9,935 nucleotides of DNA from a plasmid. Position numbers and translations under genes: made by a program. Of this stretch, positions 1-7,108 are shown in pieces. Position 1 is the stretch's first letter. Each line of letters starts with the position of its first letter. The stretch lies in sequence record NZ_CP104353.1; one strand, written 5' to 3'. The notes under the pieces were generated by a model. That model was not told the DNA's origin, did not search any database, and saw nothing but the letters and a program-made list of their open reading frames with translations.

Positions 1-888
1 TTGGATAAGAATCAAATTGTTAAATCAAATCAAGTTATAGAAGCTTCCTATCAATTAAGTGCTGTAGAACAGCGTATCGTCTTGGCAGCTATTTCACGTA
101 TTCCGAAGAGCCAGCCTATTACTGATGATGAGTTATACCCTGTAAGCGTTAATGAACTACAGTTATTAGGAGTACATGAAAAAACCGCATACAGAGACTT
201 AAAAGAAGGAATTAATAGACTTTATGAAAGATCTATTAATCTTAGTATTGATGATAAATCTATAAAAATGAGGTGGGTACAAGAGATCCAGTTTTTGGAT
301 AGTCAAAGTATCATTGGTATTCGTTTTTCAAAACCTATCTTGCCCTTCATATCTAATTTAAGTAGAGAATTTACTAAGTATGCTCTATCAGATATTGCTG
401 GGATCAATAGTGGATATGGTATTCGTATTTATGAATTATTGGTGCAATACAGACAAATAGGTAAGCGTGAAATCTCTGTTGAGAACTTACGAAGCATGTT
501 GGAGCTTGGCAAAAAATACCCACTATTTGCAGATTTCAAAAAACGGGTAATTGATACTGCTGTAGACCAAATAAATGAATGCAGCCCATTAAGCGTTTCC
601 TATGAGCAAAAAAAAACTGGTCGTAAAGTCACTCATATTCAGTTTTCATTTAAAGAAAAGTCCAAAAGCATTAATCATCTCAATGAGCCAGAGAAGTTTT
701 ATAAATTAACTGATGCTCAAGTCCATATGTTTGGCAATCAACTTTCTCGTCTACATGAACTATCTCATTTAGCGACTCAAGGAGAAAGTTACGATGATCT
801 AGCTGCAACAATCAAAGAAATGCTAAGAGATCCAATACAACAAAAGCAATTTATTCCTCATCTTAGGAATTTAGGTTTTAAAGGATGA
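1..888 (+). CDS. rep: Rep_3-family plasmid replication initiator (RepAci-type). The start is uncertain: TTG at the window edge, with no in-frame ATG across a putative circular junction.
   Basis: 295-aa ORF whose N-terminus (IVKSNQVIEASYQLSAVEQRIVLAAISRI...) is typical of Rep_3 iteron-binding initiators of Acinetobacter plasmids. Four 21-bp iterons lie immediately upstream if the window is circular (9798-9882). Confidence 0.88.
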   Translation: MDKNQIVKSNQVIEASYQLSAVEQRIVLAAISRIPKSQPITDDELYPVSVNELQLLGVHEKTAYRDLKEGINRLYERSINLSIDDKSIKMRWVQEIQFLDSQSIIGIRFSKPILPFISNLSREFTKYALSDIAGINSGYGIRIYELLVQYRQIGKREISVENLRSMLELGKKYPLFADFKKRVIDTAVDQINECSPLSVSYEQKKTGRKVTHIQFSFKEKSKSINHLNEPEKFYKLTDAQVHMFGNQLSRLHELSHLATQGESYDDLAATIKEMLRDPIQQKQFIPHLRNLGFKG

Positions 889-964
889 TGTTTGATTGTG
901 TATGTAGCGGTTGACTGTTTCTTGATGTATCTTAGTTCACATAATAGACAACCTAAATTACAAC

Positions 965-1522
965 ATGAAATCACTATCTGTTATCGAGCTTTCAAACCTC
1001 TATGGAATGACTCGTCAAGCCGTTTATAAACAAATAAATAAAGGTAATTTAAGTAAGAATAGTGATGGTAAAATTGATCTTTCTGAGGCCATTCGTGTCT
1101 TTGGTGAGCCATCTAAATATGTAAACAGTTTACAGACAACCGAAACACGAAAGTTGTCAGAAGTTCACTTACTTGAACAGCAGGTTCACATGCTTCAAAA
1201 ACAGCTTGAACAAGCTCATGAGCGTGAGAAGTTTCAACGAGATGAATTAAAAGCTAAGAATGATCAGTTACATGTTAAGGATGAACAAATTGAGGCTATG
1301 CAACGCTTATTAGAAGCCCCAAAAACCAATATGACTACGTTTGCCGATCAGAAACCTAGCCAGGATATAGCAACGGATCCTCGACCAGAACCAGAGCCGA
1401 AACATGACGGATTGACTACTCCAGTTGAAATAGAAAATAAGCGGATTCCAGTGCCGGAGCAGGTTGAACTGGAGCAGCCGAAAAGAGGGTGGTTAAGCCG
1501 GTTTTTCTTACCTAATGGGTAA
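965..1522 (+). CDS. HTH DNA-binding protein commonly found downstream of rep in Acinetobacter Rep_3 plasmids
   Basis: 185-aa ORF with an N-terminal HTH-like stretch (LSVIELSNLYGMTRQAVYKQINKG), a central coiled-coil (LEQQVHMLQKQLEQAHEREK) and a Pro/Glu-rich tail. It is syntenic with rep. Confidence 0.65.
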   Translation: MKSLSVIELSNLYGMTRQAVYKQINKGNLSKNSDGKIDLSEAIRVFGEPSKYVNSLQTTETRKLSEVHLLEQQVHMLQKQLEQAHEREKFQRDELKAKNDQLHVKDEQIEAMQRLLEAPKTNMTTFADQKPSQDIATDPRPEPEPKHDGLTTPVEIENKRIPVPEQVELEQPKRGWLSRFFLPNG

Positions 1523-1598
1523 AAGGCTTGTTTAGGTGTACTAATCAAAGTTGTGAAACATTACTCAAATAATAGGCGTGGAACGTGAATAATCATGA

Positions 1599-1637
1599 AA
1601 AAGCCGTTCTAGTGCGCTGAACTCTAGAACGGCTTTG
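1599..1637 (+). terminator. Hairpin terminator after the rep/HTH unit
   Basis: Arm AAAAGCCGTTCTAG (1599-1612) pairs with CTAGAACGGCTTT (1624-1636) around an 11-nt loop and is followed by a T-run. Confidence 0.45.
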
Positions 1638-1672
1638 ACTAAACTATTGATGCTTATAAGAAAATTTCAAGC

Positions 1673-1700
1673 ATTTCGCATAAGGCGTATTATGTTAATT
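1673..1700. other. pdif: pdif site (XerC-6 bp-XerD), C/D orientation
   Basis: ATTTCGCATAA-GGCGTA-TTATGTTAATT: 11-bp XerC arm, 6-bp spacer, 11-bp XerD arm matching the dif/pdif consensus. Confidence 0.85.
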
Positions 1701-1716
1701 TTAGAAAACCTTAAAT

Positions 1717-1992
1717 CTATTTTTTCTTTAATTCCTCTAAAATTTGGTCTTGTATCTTACATAATTTATCTTGGTATTCTAAAAGTAAATCTAATTTCTC
1801 AGACTCTAAATTAATTAATTCGCTTTGTAACTCTATATTGTCAAGCATCAAATTATCGTATTCAAAACTATTCCTGAGTCTTTCTACTATTTCTGCTGTA
1901 ATAGAATTACCAGTAAGACTAGCTGACTGTTCTATTTCTTCTTTTAAATCAAGAGGAAGTCTAAAATTAACCTGGGTATACTTTTTAATCAT
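1717..1992 (-). CDS. Arc/MetJ-type ribbon-helix-helix DNA-binding protein with a C-terminal coiled-coil
   Basis: 91-aa ORF. The N-terminus VNFRLPLDLKEEIEQSASLTGNSITAEIVERL fits a beta-strand plus two helices RHH pattern. The gene is divergent from an 18-bp perfect palindrome. Confidence 0.6.
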   Translation of the reverse strand: MIKKYTQVNFRLPLDLKEEIEQSASLTGNSITAEIVERLRNSFEYDNLMLDNIELQSELINLESEKLDLLLEYQDKLCKIQDQILEELKKK

Positions 1993-2024
1993 GAAATTCT
2001 AGAGTCTAAAATGTCTTGAATAAC

Positions 2025-2066
2025 TATAGCACATTTGCTATATATTATTATAGCAAATGTGCTATA
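2025..2066. promoter_or_regulatory. Perfect 18-bp inverted repeat (6-bp spacer) in a divergent promoter region; candidate operator
   Basis: TATAGCACATTTGCTATA (2025-2042), spacer TATTAT, then TATAGCAAATGTGCTATA (2049-2066), which is the exact reverse complement. It lies between the RHH gene start (1992) and orf132 start (2086). Confidence 0.6.
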
Positions 2067-2085
2067 ACATTTGGAGTAGCTATAT

Positions 2086-2484
2086 ATGTCCAACATTATT
2101 GAATTTAAAAGAAATGAAAGGAGATTTATTAATCAAAAACCTATCAGTCCTGTAGAACTAGTGACAAATATACTCACTCCACAAGAGGTAGATATAAAGT
2201 CTTTGATTAAGGAAACAAAGAAAATTTTAAGAGAAAAAGGCTTAAAATTTCGTACTTCTCATCAAGATTTGGAACACTTAAAAGGAAATAATTTAATATT
2301 ATTTTCCAAAAAGAAATGCGGGTTTATCTTAACCACAAAGTTAGCCTGTAGCACAAATAGCTCATGGGAAATATATTCCATAAGTATAGATAAGACGACG
2401 AAAGCATTAGATATTGTTAATAAAATTATATCTAGGCTAGGAGATAACGTTCATGGCAGCAGCAGAGAAGAAGCAATCAGCTAA
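2086..2484 (+). CDS. Hypothetical protein (132 aa), no recognisable domain
   Basis: Intact ORF that starts 20 bp after the palindrome. Its codon usage is AT-rich, like its neighbours. Confidence 0.5.
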   Translation: MSNIIEFKRNERRFINQKPISPVELVTNILTPQEVDIKSLIKETKKILREKGLKFRTSHQDLEHLKGNNLILFSKKKCGFILTTKLACSTNSSWEIYSISIDKTTKALDIVNKIISRLGDNVHGSSREEAIS

Positions 2485-2671
2485 TCCAGCGATGGAAGCA
2501 GCGAAAGAGGCAGCAAATATTAAAATTGATGGCTTTGAGCAAGGTGTAAATACCTACAATGCGATTGGTTCACAATTATTGCGAGAAAAGCGAGATCCAA
2601 GTGTAATTAATAAAACTCGTGAAAATAGACGAAATATTCGAAAAGCACGAGAAGCTATCAAGAATTTATAG
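2453..2671 (+). CDS. Hypothetical small charged helical protein (72 aa), overlapping orf132 by 32 nt in the +1 frame
   Basis: A good RBS AGGAGA sits 8 nt before ATG 2453. The protein is Lys/Glu/Ala-rich. The overlap runs through the GCAGCAGCAGAGAAGAAG repeat. Confidence 0.45.
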   Translation: MAAAEKKQSANPAMEAAKEAANIKIDGFEQGVNTYNAIGSQLLREKRDPSVINKTRENRRNIRKAREAIKNL

Positions 2672-2716
2672 TAAAAAGCTTCTTAAGATCTAAAATATAA
2701 AAAATTCTCATTAAAC

Positions 2717-2741
2717 AAGCCCTAAGAAATTCTCAGGGCTT
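2717..2741. terminator. Bidirectional terminator-like hairpin between convergent orf72 and orf244
   Basis: AAGCCCT (2717-2723) pairs with AGGGCTT (2735-2741) around an 11-nt loop. T-rich tracts flank it on both strands. Confidence 0.4.
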
Positions 2742-2759
2742 TGTTCATGATAAAAATTA

Positions 2760-3494
2760 TCAGAACATGTCTTCTGCAAAAGTGACTAAAACAAGGCTGT
2801 GAAACTCCAATTCCGTATATACACAAGCATCTAGTCTAAGAAATTTTTCCTTATCAGATGGAAAATTATAAGGTACAGACCAAGGTTTTATTAAACAAGG
2901 ACTTACCTTATCAAAAGTTCCAATAAATTCCTTTTTAGTTAAATCATAAATTCTGATTACACTTAACTTAACAATACTCAAAACCCAAAGCATGTGGCCC
3001 TTATAGGTCTGATAATTATCACAAACCAGCACACCATACTTTTTTAATAAGTATTTGTATATAAATGAGGAAACTCCATTTCGCTGATAATTGGCTAAAA
3101 TCGATGCACCTTTTATTTGTTTACCTGTTATTTTAATAGAGTCATTAATAATTTCGATATCTTTAAATGCGTATCTCGCTATCAAAATTTCTTTCTCTAC
3201 TTCATAAGCTTCTAAGGCTTTATTAGCAGCGTCATATTCATCTAAATATTCATCAGCAACAGCACAAACCCCATCCAATGCATACTCATTATTAAATTCA
3301 CAATAAAAAAGCTCAATACATCCAGAATACTCGCTACCTTCTGAAGCTTGCAATTCTTTTAAACAAAATATTCCACCTTCCCTTTGGTTGTAGAAGTACT
3401 TACTTTCAAGAATATTTTCATAAGAAAAGTAAACAGGTAGTGGAATTAAAGGCTTATTATAATTTTCTTCGAGAAGTATGTGTGGAGGAGTCAA
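2760..3494 (-). CDS. Hypothetical protein (244 aa), apparent TTG start; second gene of a two-gene operon
   Basis: Long intact ORF. An AAGG RBS lies 6 nt before the TTG at 3494, and only 18 nt separate it from the upstream gene's stop. There is no clear domain. A weak GNAT motif-A-like stretch (QRNGVSSFIYKYLLKKYG) is noted but is unconvincing. Confidence 0.55.
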   Translation of the reverse strand: MTPPHILLEENYNKPLIPLPVYFSYENILESKYFYNQREGGIFCLKELQASEGSEYSGCIELFYCEFNNEYALDGVCAVADEYLDEYDAANKALEAYEVEKEILIARYAFKDIEIINDSIKITGKQIKGASILANYQRNGVSSFIYKYLLKKYGVLVCDNYQTYKGHMLWVLSIVKLSVIRIYDLTKKEFIGTFDKVSPCLIKPWSVPYNFPSDKEKFLRLDACVYTELEFHSLVLVTFAEDMF

Positions 3495-3512
3495 TTTAAA
3501 CCTTATATTTCA

Positions 3513-3833
3513 TCAAGCTACTAATGTTGGTTTAATAATATCATTAATTTTAGCTTCTAACATTTTCTCATAAGAAGTTAATTCTGGATACTGTTTGGAT
3601 GCTTTAATAGAAAATCTTAAGCTATTATTTCTTTCTTGAATTTCAGCTACAACTTTCACATCATCCCAATCTTTTTTATTGAGAATAATATCTTTGAAAA
3701 TAAGTATATATTGCTTATTTTTTTCTTTCTCAGAAAAACGTCTTAGTTCAAATGTTTGACGAATATTAGGCATAGTAAAACGCTGAACTAAATCAGTACT
3801 ATTTTTGAGGGTTTGAACAGTTCTAGTGAACAT
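3513..3833 (-). CDS. Hypothetical protein (106 aa); first gene of the operon. The start is trimmed to the internal ATG at 3833.
   Basis: The ORF track extends to 3914, but the first 27 codons are low-complexity translation of AT-rich promoter DNA. ATG 3833 has an AGGTG RBS 5 nt upstream. Confidence 0.5.
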   Translation of the reverse strand: MFTRTVQTLKNSTDLVQRFTMPNIRQTFELRRFSEKEKNKQYILIFKDIILNKKDWDDVKVVAEIQERNNSLRFSIKASKQYPELTSYEKMLEAKINDIIKPTLVA

Positions 3834-3877
3834 TTTGACACCTACATACCTAAAGAAATAAAAGAAAATAAAAATAT

Positions 3878-3911
3878 ATAGTGACAGGTTATAAGACAAA
3901 TATGTCACTAT
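3878..3911. promoter_or_regulatory. Inverted repeat in the divergent promoter region between orf106 and the wHTH gene; candidate operator
   Basis: ATAGTGACA (3878-3886) and TGTCACTAT (3903-3911) are exact reverse complements with a 16-bp spacer. An alternating (TA)n near-palindrome lies at 3937-3965. Confidence 0.4.
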
Positions 3912-3983
3912 CAACTACGTCAAATTTGGCGTACTATATATATATTAATTTATATATATATATGAATAGGGTTTTAAAAAATT

Positions 3984-4394
3984 ATGTTAAATTTTGAATT
4001 AAAAGAAAAGTGGGGCGAAAACTCTCTAATATTAGGGTTCACGCAGATCCCAACTACTCTAATTTATGCACAAAAAGAGCTTGGTCTATCATCTATAGAA
4101 ATTAACATCTTACTTAACTTATTGACCCATTGGTGGAAGAAAGAAGAATTTCCTTATCCATCTCAAGCTGGAATTGCATATCGAATGGGAGTTTCTACTA
4201 GAACTGTACAACGAACATTAGCAGGTCTTGAAACAAAAGGATTCATAACCAGAAACAAAACATCAAGAGATAACAGTAAATACAAAGGAAGGAGTATTTA
4301 TGATTTATCTCCATTAGTAAAAATTCTGGAAGAAAAGGCACCTGATCTAGATATTGTGAAAAAAATTAAAAAAAATAAAAGACTAGCTAAATAG
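3984..4394 (+). CDS. Winged-HTH DNA-binding protein (HTH_36/replication-initiator-N-terminal-like), putative regulator
   Basis: 136-aa ORF whose segment IAYRMGVSTRTVQRTLAGLETKGFI is a typical HTH recognition helix plus wing. It is divergent from the orf106-orf244 operon. Confidence 0.55.
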   Translation: MLNFELKEKWGENSLILGFTQIPTTLIYAQKELGLSSIEINILLNLLTHWWKKEEFPYPSQAGIAYRMGVSTRTVQRTLAGLETKGFITRNKTSRDNSKYKGRSIYDLSPLVKILEEKAPDLDIVKKIKKNKRLAK

Positions 4395-4422
4395 ATTTAA
4401 CATAAAATCTCTTACGATAAGT
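4395..4422. other. pdif: Degenerate pdif-like site, D/C orientation (good XerD arm, poor XerC arm)
   Basis: ATTTAACATAA (4395-4405) is the exact reverse complement of the XerD arm TTATGTTAAAT. A 6-bp spacer AATCTC follows, then TTACGATAAGT, which matches the XerC-arm reverse complement poorly. Its position restores the alternating C/D, D/C, C/D, D/C pattern along the segment. Confidence 0.35.
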
Positions 4423-4423
4423 C

Positions 4424-4452
4424 AAAAAAGGGAGCTTAAAGCTCCCTTTTTC
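4424..4452. terminator. Bidirectional rho-independent terminator between convergent wHTH gene and orf69
   Basis: AAAAAAGGGAGCTT (4424-4437) pairs with AAGCTCCCTTTTTT (4439-4452) around a 1-nt loop as a near-perfect hairpin, with an A-run before it and a T-run after it. Confidence 0.6.
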
Positions 4453-4661
4453 TATCTAACTATATGAATCTTCGGTGATGTTTGTATACCTAATTGCCTG
4501 AAAATATGCCATAGAGCTATGTTGCGATACTGGTACATAGCAATTTGTGAAAAATCAAACCATTGTTCGGATGTGAATTGGTTTATATCAGAAAAAGGTG
4601 GATAACCTCTTAGAGCTAGAAATGCATTAATTTCTTCTACCATTGGATCGAGCTCAAACAT
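4452..4661 (-). CDS. Hypothetical small protein (69 aa)
   Basis: Complete ORF with a weak RBS, ending in the terminator hairpin. An in-frame stop lies just upstream, so it was not truncated by the IS inserted about 52 bp upstream of its start. Confidence 0.35.
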   Translation of the reverse strand: MFELDPMVEEINAFLALRGYPPFSDINQFTSEQWFDFSQIAMYQYRNIALWHIFRQLGIQTSPKIHIVR

Positions 4662-4713
4662 GTTTTAAAACCTAATAAAGAATAAAGTCCAATTGTAAAT
4701 CCCCTTTAAAAGG

Positions 4714-5873
4714 TTAGGACTTACGCATTAACTTGCAAATTCTTACAGAAAGGTAGAGACTAGGATGTAGCCTACAATTATAAGATATTGTAATTAAATG
4801 AATAAAGTATCAAATGGTTTAGATTTTCGTCAGGACTATTGTCAGTTTCTGATCGTGAGCCAAAAAAACTTCACTCAAACCTATTTTGCCGAACATACCA
4901 AAAGCTATACTCATGACCAGATCAACCGCTATTTGAAGTCTGATCACATCAGCTCTGCTGATATTTGGACAGAAGCAAAAGCTCATATTATCCCGAGTAA
5001 TAAAGGCTATTTATTATTTGATGATACTGTTATTGATAAAAACTACTCTACCAAAATTGAAATGGTTCGTCGCCAGTACAGCGGTAATGCAGGCAGAGTC
5101 ATCAAGGGAATAGGTGTTGTTACCTGTGTGTATGTGAATCCAGAAATAGATCAATATTGGATAATTGATAAACGTTTTTATGATATAGATACGGACAATA
5201 AGACTAAATTACAACATGTTAAAGATATGTTTAATGACACGATTGATCATAAAAAGCTGGCATTTACAACACTATTAATGGATTCGTGGTATGCGGTCAA
5301 ATGGCTGATGTTATTGATAGAAAGTCGAGGGATTATTTATTATTGCCCGATTAAAAGTAATAGAAATGTCAATAAAATAAGTAATTTAGAGATTAACTAT
5401 CAACGAGTTGACAGCCTGACATGGACAGATGAACAACATCAGTATGGGCATAGCGTCCATTTACGCGGTTTTCCCAAAGGTCATTCATTACAGGTTTACT
5501 GTTTACCGTTCTCTACCGAACGTACAGATTATATTGTGACGAATGCAACAACGACTCATACACTTGATGAGATCAAAACAATCTGTGCAGTTCGCTGGCG
5601 TATTGAGCAGGTGCATCGGGAGTTAAAACAAACGACAGGTATAGAACGTTGCCAGTGTCGCAAGGGTCAAAGTCAACGAAATCATATAGCTTGTTGTATA
5701 TTGGTGTGGCATCGTTTGATCGCCTTAGCGAGAAAATGGAAAACGACGATTTATAAGTTAAAGCAAGGCTTACTCAGTTCTTATATGCGAGAACAACTCA
5801 GAAAGCCTGATATTGTGATGCTATTTTCTGGGCTATAGTGCATTATTTTTTTACTTTTATGCGTAAGTCCTAA
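4714..5873 (+). mobile_element. Insertion sequence, IS701/IS4-superfamily type, about 1.16 kb
   Basis: 15-bp terminal inverted repeats TTAGGACTTACGCAT (4714-4728) and ATGCGTAAGTCCTAA (5859-5873) flank a single DDE transposase ORF. No clear target-site duplication is visible (flanks AAGG and GGTC). Confidence 0.7.
4798..5838 (+). CDS. tnp: DDE transposase (IS4/IS701-like)
   Basis: 346-aa ORF. Candidate catalytic D residues sit in LLFDDTVIDK and LLMDSWYA. A C-terminal R(3)E(6)K signature (RWRIEQVHRELK) is typical of IS4/IS701 transposases. Confidence 0.85.
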   Translation: MNKVSNGLDFRQDYCQFLIVSQKNFTQTYFAEHTKSYTHDQINRYLKSDHISSADIWTEAKAHIIPSNKGYLLFDDTVIDKNYSTKIEMVRRQYSGNAGRVIKGIGVVTCVYVNPEIDQYWIIDKRFYDIDTDNKTKLQHVKDMFNDTIDHKKLAFTTLLMDSWYAVKWLMLLIESRGIIYYCPIKSNRNVNKISNLEINYQRVDSLTWTDEQHQYGHSVHLRGFPKGHSLQVYCLPFSTERTDYIVTNATTTHTLDEIKTICAVRWRIEQVHRELKQTTGIERCQCRKGQSQRNHIACCILVWHRLIALARKWKTTIYKLKQGLLSSYMREQLRKPDIVMLFSGL

Positions 5874-6081
5874 GGTCACTTTTTTATTGTTCCAAATCCT
5901 CTTTACAGTTTTTTTGTTCTCTACTTTACAATTGACTTGGGAAATTATCCCGATGTTTGTCCGCAGGAAATGGGGATAAAAGTGGGTTATTGGAGCATTG
6001 AGAAATCAGGAAAAATTAAATTTTTGAGTATTTTTTAATCGATTTTGTTGGCTAAAAGTGACAAAGTTGCTTAAAAAGCAT

Positions 6082-6101
6082 CCGACTTGTTTCCAAGTCG
6101 G
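6082..6101 (+). terminator. Terminator-like hairpin in a non-coding relic region
   Basis: CCGACTTG (6082-6089), loop TTTC, CAAGTCGG (6094-6101), followed by CTTTTCACCTATTTTTT. Confidence 0.35.
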
Positions 6102-6169
6102 CTTTTCACCTATTTTTTAGTCATGACTAATTCTATAAATAATTAAAAAATAATAACTTTTCATAATTT

Positions 6170-6197
6170 ATTTCGCATAACGCCCATTATGTTAAAT
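6170..6197. other. pdif: pdif site, C/D orientation
   Basis: ATTTCGCATAA-CGCCCA-TTATGTTAAAT. Confidence 0.85.
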
Positions 6198-6270
6198 TAA
6201 AAGAGTTTTAACTTTTTTAATAAAAGTATTATGCTCTAAGCCCCAAAATTTCCCCTAACATGAATTTGTA

Positions 6271-7098
6271 ATGAAAAAATTTATACTTCCTATATTCAGC
6301 ATTTCTATTCTAGTTTCTCTCAGTGCATGTTCATCTATTAAAACTAAATCTGAAGATAATTTTCATATTTCTTCTCAGCAACATGAAAAAGCTATTAAAA
6401 GCTATTTTGATGAAGCTCAAACACAGGGTGTAATTATTATTAAAGAGGGTAAAAATCTTAGCACCTATGGTAATGCTCTTGCACGAGCAAATAAAGAATA
6501 TGTCCCTGCATCAACATTTAAGATGCTAAATGCTTTAATCGGGCTAGAAAATCATAAAGCAACAACAAATGAGATTTTCAAATGGGATGGTAAAAAAAGA
6601 ACTTATCCTATGTGGGAGAAAGATATGACTTTAGGTGAGGCAATGGCATTGTCAGCAGTTCCAGTATATCAAGAGCTTGCAAGACGGACTGGCCTAGAGC
6701 TAATGCAGAAAGAAGTAAAGCGGGTTAATTTTGGAAATACAAATATTGGAACACAGGTCGATAATTTTTGGTTAGTTGGCCCCCTTAAAATTACACCAGT
6801 ACAAGAAGTTAATTTTGCCGATGACCTTGCACATAACCGATTACCTTTTAAATTAGAAACTCAAGAAGAAGTTAAAAAAATGCTTCTAATTAAAGAAGTA
6901 AATGGTAGTAAGATTTATGCAAAAAGTGGATGGGGAATGGATGTTACTCCACAGGTAGGTTGGTTGACTGGTTGGGTGGAGCAAGCTAATGGAAAAAAAA
7001 TCCCCTTTTCGCTCAACTTAGAAATGAAAGAAGGAATGTCTGGTTCTATTCGTAATGAAATTACTTATAAGTCGCTAGAAAATCTTGGAATCATTTAA
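6271..7098 (+). CDS. blaOXA-24-like: Carbapenem-hydrolysing class D beta-lactamase, OXA-24/40 family
   Basis: 275-aa ORF with a lipoprotein-type signal (LSAC) and class D motifs STFK, SAV, YGN, KSG and WLTGW. The sequence reads as an OXA-24/40-group enzyme. The exact allele (OXA-24/40, -72 and so on) cannot be assigned by eye. Confidence 0.93.
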   Translation: MKKFILPIFSISILVSLSACSSIKTKSEDNFHISSQQHEKAIKSYFDEAQTQGVIIIKEGKNLSTYGNALARANKEYVPASTFKMLNALIGLENHKATTNEIFKWDGKKRTYPMWEKDMTLGEAMALSAVPVYQELARRTGLELMQKEVKRVNFGNTNIGTQVDNFWLVGPLKITPVQEVNFADDLAHNRLPFKLETQEEVKKMLLIKEVNGSKIYAKSGWGMDVTPQVGWLTGWVEQANGKKIPFSLNLEMKEGMSGSIRNEITYKSLENLGII

Positions 7099-7108
7099 TA
7101 ATTTCTAA

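Noticed and set aside
1-10. DnaA-box-like TTATCCAAA (reverse strand) at the very start of rep
   Set aside because: It has one mismatch to the consensus and occurs as a single copy inside the coding start. Similar 8/9 matches occur by chance elsewhere, for example inside orf69 at about 4601.
1348-1548. 66-aa minus-strand ORF
   Set aside because: It lies entirely antisense within the Pro/Glu-rich tail of the 185-aa HTH gene. Its composition is a mirror image of that tail, and it has no RBS. It is a shadow ORF.
3834-3914. N-terminal 27 codons of the tracked ORF 3513..3914
   Set aside because: They translate to a low-complexity Phe/Tyr/Ile string from AT-rich promoter DNA that contains the operator-like inverted repeat. 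The internal ATG at 3833 has a proper RBS, so the gene was trimmed.
3937-3965. (TA)n alternating tract as a microsatellite or CRISPR-like repeat
   Set aside because: It is a simple AT dinucleotide run in a promoter region, not a spaced repeat array. No CRISPR-type repeat-spacer structure occurs anywhere in the window.
5857-5873. TTATGCGTAAG resembling the reverse complement of a XerC arm
   Set aside because: It is the terminal inverted repeat of the IS (it matches 4714-4728), and no XerD arm lies at the right spacing.
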